The position numbers and the translations under genes were made by a program. The notes beneath the pieces were generated by a model, which was not told the DNA's origin, did not search any database, and worked only from the letters and a program-made list of their open reading frames with translations. Below are positions 24,466 through 27,062 of a stretch of 27,062 nucleotides of DNA, in pieces; position 1 is the first letter of the stretch, and each line of letters begins with the position of its first letter. Source of the stretch: a virus (Duplodnaviria > Caudoviricetes); the IMG/VR virus record IMGVR_UViG_3300017784_001015, positions 1-27,062 of that record. One strand, written 5' to 3'.

Positions 24466-25514
24466 TATTGCCCTAGCCCCATGTTCTCGTCCACTATACT
24501 GTCAAGGGTGGACTCTGCAGTGCCAGTGATAGCCCTTTGAAGTTCCTCTTCTGTGTTAGTAGGGTTAACTGGAACTTCAGGGATCGGGTCAACTACAGGT
24601 GCAGTGGTTGTAGTAGGTGTAAAGATAGTCTCAGGGTTTTCCATAACTGCATCAAAGTTATCTAGAATAACTTGCGCACTAAGGTTACCTGCATTGACTG
24701 CAGTACGGATTTGTTCTGCTACAAAAGCACCCGACTCTGTAGGACTACGAGTACTAGTAGCACTATAGGCTAATTCTCCTGCCCGTTCTGTAGCTCGTGC
24801 AAACAGGTTTGCCACGCCCGTATCAGTATTATTTGGCGCTATATCTAGCTCTCCTGTATAAGGGTTTAGCGCGAAAGAATCTACAAATTGAGACTGCAAA
24901 GCGGACGCAATCTGATTTCTCATAGCCTTAGTGTCACTGAAGTCTGGGCCAGATACATAGTTAAAGTTCAAATCAAGGGGTGCCATTGGGGTTACCCCAA
25001 TAGGAGCATAAACCTCTTCACCCAGTCTCTGCAATTCTTCTAGGTTAGTCGCACTGTAGATAGCTTCTGCCAGCGCCTCAATAGATTGTTCTGGGTCTGT
25101 CGTATCTTTATCAGTAGATACACCATTTATGAGGGCAGTTGAGATAGTTTCGTCATCAGAGTCTTTAAGGTAATTAGTTATGGCAATATTTAGGTCTTTG
25201 ACAAAAGGTTTATCAACTTTTTTATTCTTCTCATACTGGTCAAGGAAGAGTCTAAGCTGACCTGTACGTTGCAATACGAGGGCATTTACATCTGTCAGCC
25301 CCAACTCAATGCCAGAAGAAAGTTCCTCTTGCATAGCAGCTTTTGTCTCTATCTTTTTTGCAAGACGCTCAATATAACGATCCTGATAGGCTGCAAGCAG
25401 AGTCTTTTGATACTCTTCCCTCTTGAAAGCGTAGGCTCTGTCTTCAGTTTCTTTTGCAGCTTTCTGGTCAAGCACATACGTCAAGCCTTCATTTATACCC
25501 TGCCAAAAACCCAT
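24465..25514 (-). CDS. Putative internal virion protein (349 aa)
   Basis: TAATG coupling on both sides; starts MGFWQG followed by a coiled-coil-like segment. Confidence 0.6.
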   Translation of the reverse strand: MGFWQGINEGLTYVLDQKAAKETEDRAYAFKREEYQKTLLAAYQDRYIERLAKKIETKAAMQEELSSGIELGLTDVNALVLQRTGQLRLFLDQYEKNKKVDKPFVKDLNIAITNYLKDSDDETISTALINGVSTDKDTTDPEQSIEALAEAIYSATNLEELQRLGEEVYAPIGVTPMAPLDLNFNYVSGPDFSDTKAMRNQIASALQSQFVDSFALNPYTGELDIAPNNTDTGVANLFARATERAGELAYSATSTRSPTESGAFVAEQIRTAVNAGNLSAQVILDNFDAVMENPETIFTPTTTTAPVVDPIPEVPVNPTNTEEELQRAITGTAESTLDSIVDENMGLGQ

Positions 25515-26014
25515 TACTTAACTCCTCTTGACATCAGACCCTTAGTCTTTTCTGCAGTAACTTGTTCTGCGGGGGATACTACTAGCTCTTCTTTAACTAC
25601 CACTGGTGGCATATTTTTAATCATCTTCTTGGCTAAGTCAGATTTCTTTGACTTGTTATACTCAGCCTTCTCTGCCTTATCCTCAAACCCATCATCAGGA
25701 TCAAGACCAAAGGCAACAGCACCCTGCTTAATAAACTCGTGTATGACGGGGGAGATAATTAGTGCAACATCAACAGAGTGTAGACCCTTAGCCACAGCAC
25801 CCCGCATAATCCCATTAGTGATAGTCTTTAAGTCTAGGTTATCTATCTCAATAATATCAAGAATACTCTCAAGGGCTTCTGGCTCCGAGATACGTGCAAG
25901 ATGATACTGGATAGCTTCTTCTGGATCAGTAATCTCTGGGGGTCGTTCCCAAGGAAAACCTTTAGGTTCCGTAGTCAGTGACTGACCGGGGATAGGCGCA
26001 CTAAACATATCCAT
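25514..26014 (-). CDS. Phage late-region protein (166 aa)
   Basis: Starts APIPGQSLT..P...PWERPP; GGAG Shine-Dalgarno; operon packing. Confidence 0.65.
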   Translation of the reverse strand: MDMFSAPIPGQSLTTEPKGFPWERPPEITDPEEAIQYHLARISEPEALESILDIIEIDNLDLKTITNGIMRGAVAKGLHSVDVALIISPVIHEFIKQGAVAFGLDPDDGFEDKAEKAEYNKSKKSDLAKKMIKNMPPVVVKEELVVSPAEQVTAEKTKGLMSRGVK

Positions 26015-26016
26015 AC

Positions 26017-26706
26017 TTATTCTCCAGACATTGCATTGTATCTACGCATCCAGTCTGCCTGATACCTATCGGCAGTAAGACCATTGTTAGCCTTCAAGGC
26101 TGCTTCACTCATTGACCCTGCAGAGTTACCTGTATACCAAACAACAGGAACTTTTGTAACATCATTGTTATTTTCAGCAAGGATATCCGCAACATATCTT
26201 GCAGCTACAATATCCTGTACTTCAGGGGGTGCAGACTTAGCGGTTTTATATTCTGTACCTATACCATACTTATTTGAGAGACTTCGCCAAGTACTATCAA
26301 TGAACTGATAACCACCAGACGCAGAACTCTTAGGGTTCTTAGCATTGTAGTCACCACTAGACTCCTTGCTCTTGAGTGCAGAGAGGATACGTATAATACC
26401 CTTGTCACCTACATCAGCAGAGATAAAACCTGTAAGCGAACCTGAAGTGTTGACAGCACCCATAGGTGATCCTGCAGGAGTAGTCTGCATCTGTTGTCTT
26501 TGGGCTGCAACAGGAGCAAACACATCCCGTGCAAAACTCATGTACTGGGGGAGTAGGTCATCAAACTCTGAAGTCTTTTGTTCTGTCTTTGCCATACGCG
26601 AGACAAGACCAGTACCGACCCTCACGTTTTCTCCAGAGGCAGCGGCTGCTCGAATACTATCTACGAGGGAAGACGCTGACTTATAACTTTTGCTGTAGTC
26701 CATCAC
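26017..26706 (-). CDS. Virion-associated lytic transglycosylase / lysozyme-like protein
   Basis: KESSGDYNAKNPKSSASGGYQFIDSTW, QD..A and WY.G motifs in the C-terminal half. Confidence 0.85.
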   Translation of the reverse strand: MMDYSKSYKSASSLVDSIRAAAASGENVRVGTGLVSRMAKTEQKTSEFDDLLPQYMSFARDVFAPVAAQRQQMQTTPAGSPMGAVNTSGSLTGFISADVGDKGIIRILSALKSKESSGDYNAKNPKSSASGGYQFIDSTWRSLSNKYGIGTEYKTAKSAPPEVQDIVAARYVADILAENNNDVTKVPVVWYTGNSAGSMSEAALKANNGLTADRYQADWMRRYNAMSGE

Positions 26707-26721
26707 TATTCCTTAGTGTTA

Positions 26722-27062
26722 TTAAAATGCCAAACCAAGAAACTTCATAATGGCAGAGGCTCTGCCTTGGGCTTCTGCTGCTGCCTCTTTCTTATTCGCA
26801 AGGAAGAGTTCTGCGGCCCTGTCTCTTTCAGACTCAAGTGCAGTGAAAGCAAATGCCATAATGTCACGCTCGTTTTGCCAGATATTATCCAGTGCTTGAG
26901 TAGTCAGACCATTACGCGCTCTGGCTGATTCTAGGTTAGCAGTATTCTGTGCGGCAGTGTTTATTGTAGCTACGTTCTGTCTCCACTGGGCATTAGCCTG
27001 AGCAATCACCAAAGAGTTAGTAGCGTTAAACTGGTCACGCTGTGCTTCCAACTGCGCGTTAA
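26722..27062 (-). CDS. Putative internal virion protein, C-terminal part (truncated by window edge)
   Basis: The frame stays open to the window end (...NAQLEAQRDQFN); Ala/Asn/Gln-rich helical sequence. Confidence 0.65.
   Translation of the reverse strand, partial: NAQLEAQRDQFNATNSLVIAQANAQWRQNVATINTAAQNTANLESARARNGLTTQALDNIWQNERDIMAFAFTALESERDRAAELFLANKKEAAAEAQGRASAIMKFLGLAF

Noticed and set aside
25269-25904. 211-aa + strand ORF opposite the late genes, and similar short + strand ORFs in 21442-26928
   Set aside because: Antisense shadows of tightly coupled - strand genes, located beyond the terminator and lacking motifs.

Overview
A 27 kb piece of a dsDNA tailed-phage genome with two convergent arms, organised like SIO1/cobavirus-type podoviruses. 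The host is probably an alphaproteobacterium (inferred from gene content: ThyX, class II RNR, DUF1127, PhoH). The + strand (1-20996) carries small early ORFs, a SleB-type cell-wall hydrolase, a tRNA region, rIIA/rIIB, a tyrosine recombinase, ThyX, primase-helicase, a PcfJ-like protein, family A DNA polymerase, SSB, nucleases, a MazG-like protein, class II RNR, glutaredoxin and PhoH. A terminator at about 21003-21031 separates it from - strand virion genes. The most unusual element is a cassette at 1982-2600. It holds a non-canonical 80-nt tRNA-Arg(UCU) with no D-arm in the usual place and a D-loop-like segment moved 3' of the anticodon arm. This tRNA sits head-to-head, with no gap, against an antisense HNH endonuclease gene whose Shine-Dalgarno lies inside the tRNA antisense. 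Its candidate promoter lies just beyond the tRNA 3' end, next to an orphan tRNA 3' half. Also notable: a second HNH-type gene that appears to have inserted into the RNR 3' end and swapped C-terminal tails with it, a multi-hairpin ncRNA candidate behind that gene, and a 15-bp-periodic palindrome upstream of the recombinase. All calls come from manual motif reading; no database searches or folding programs were run.
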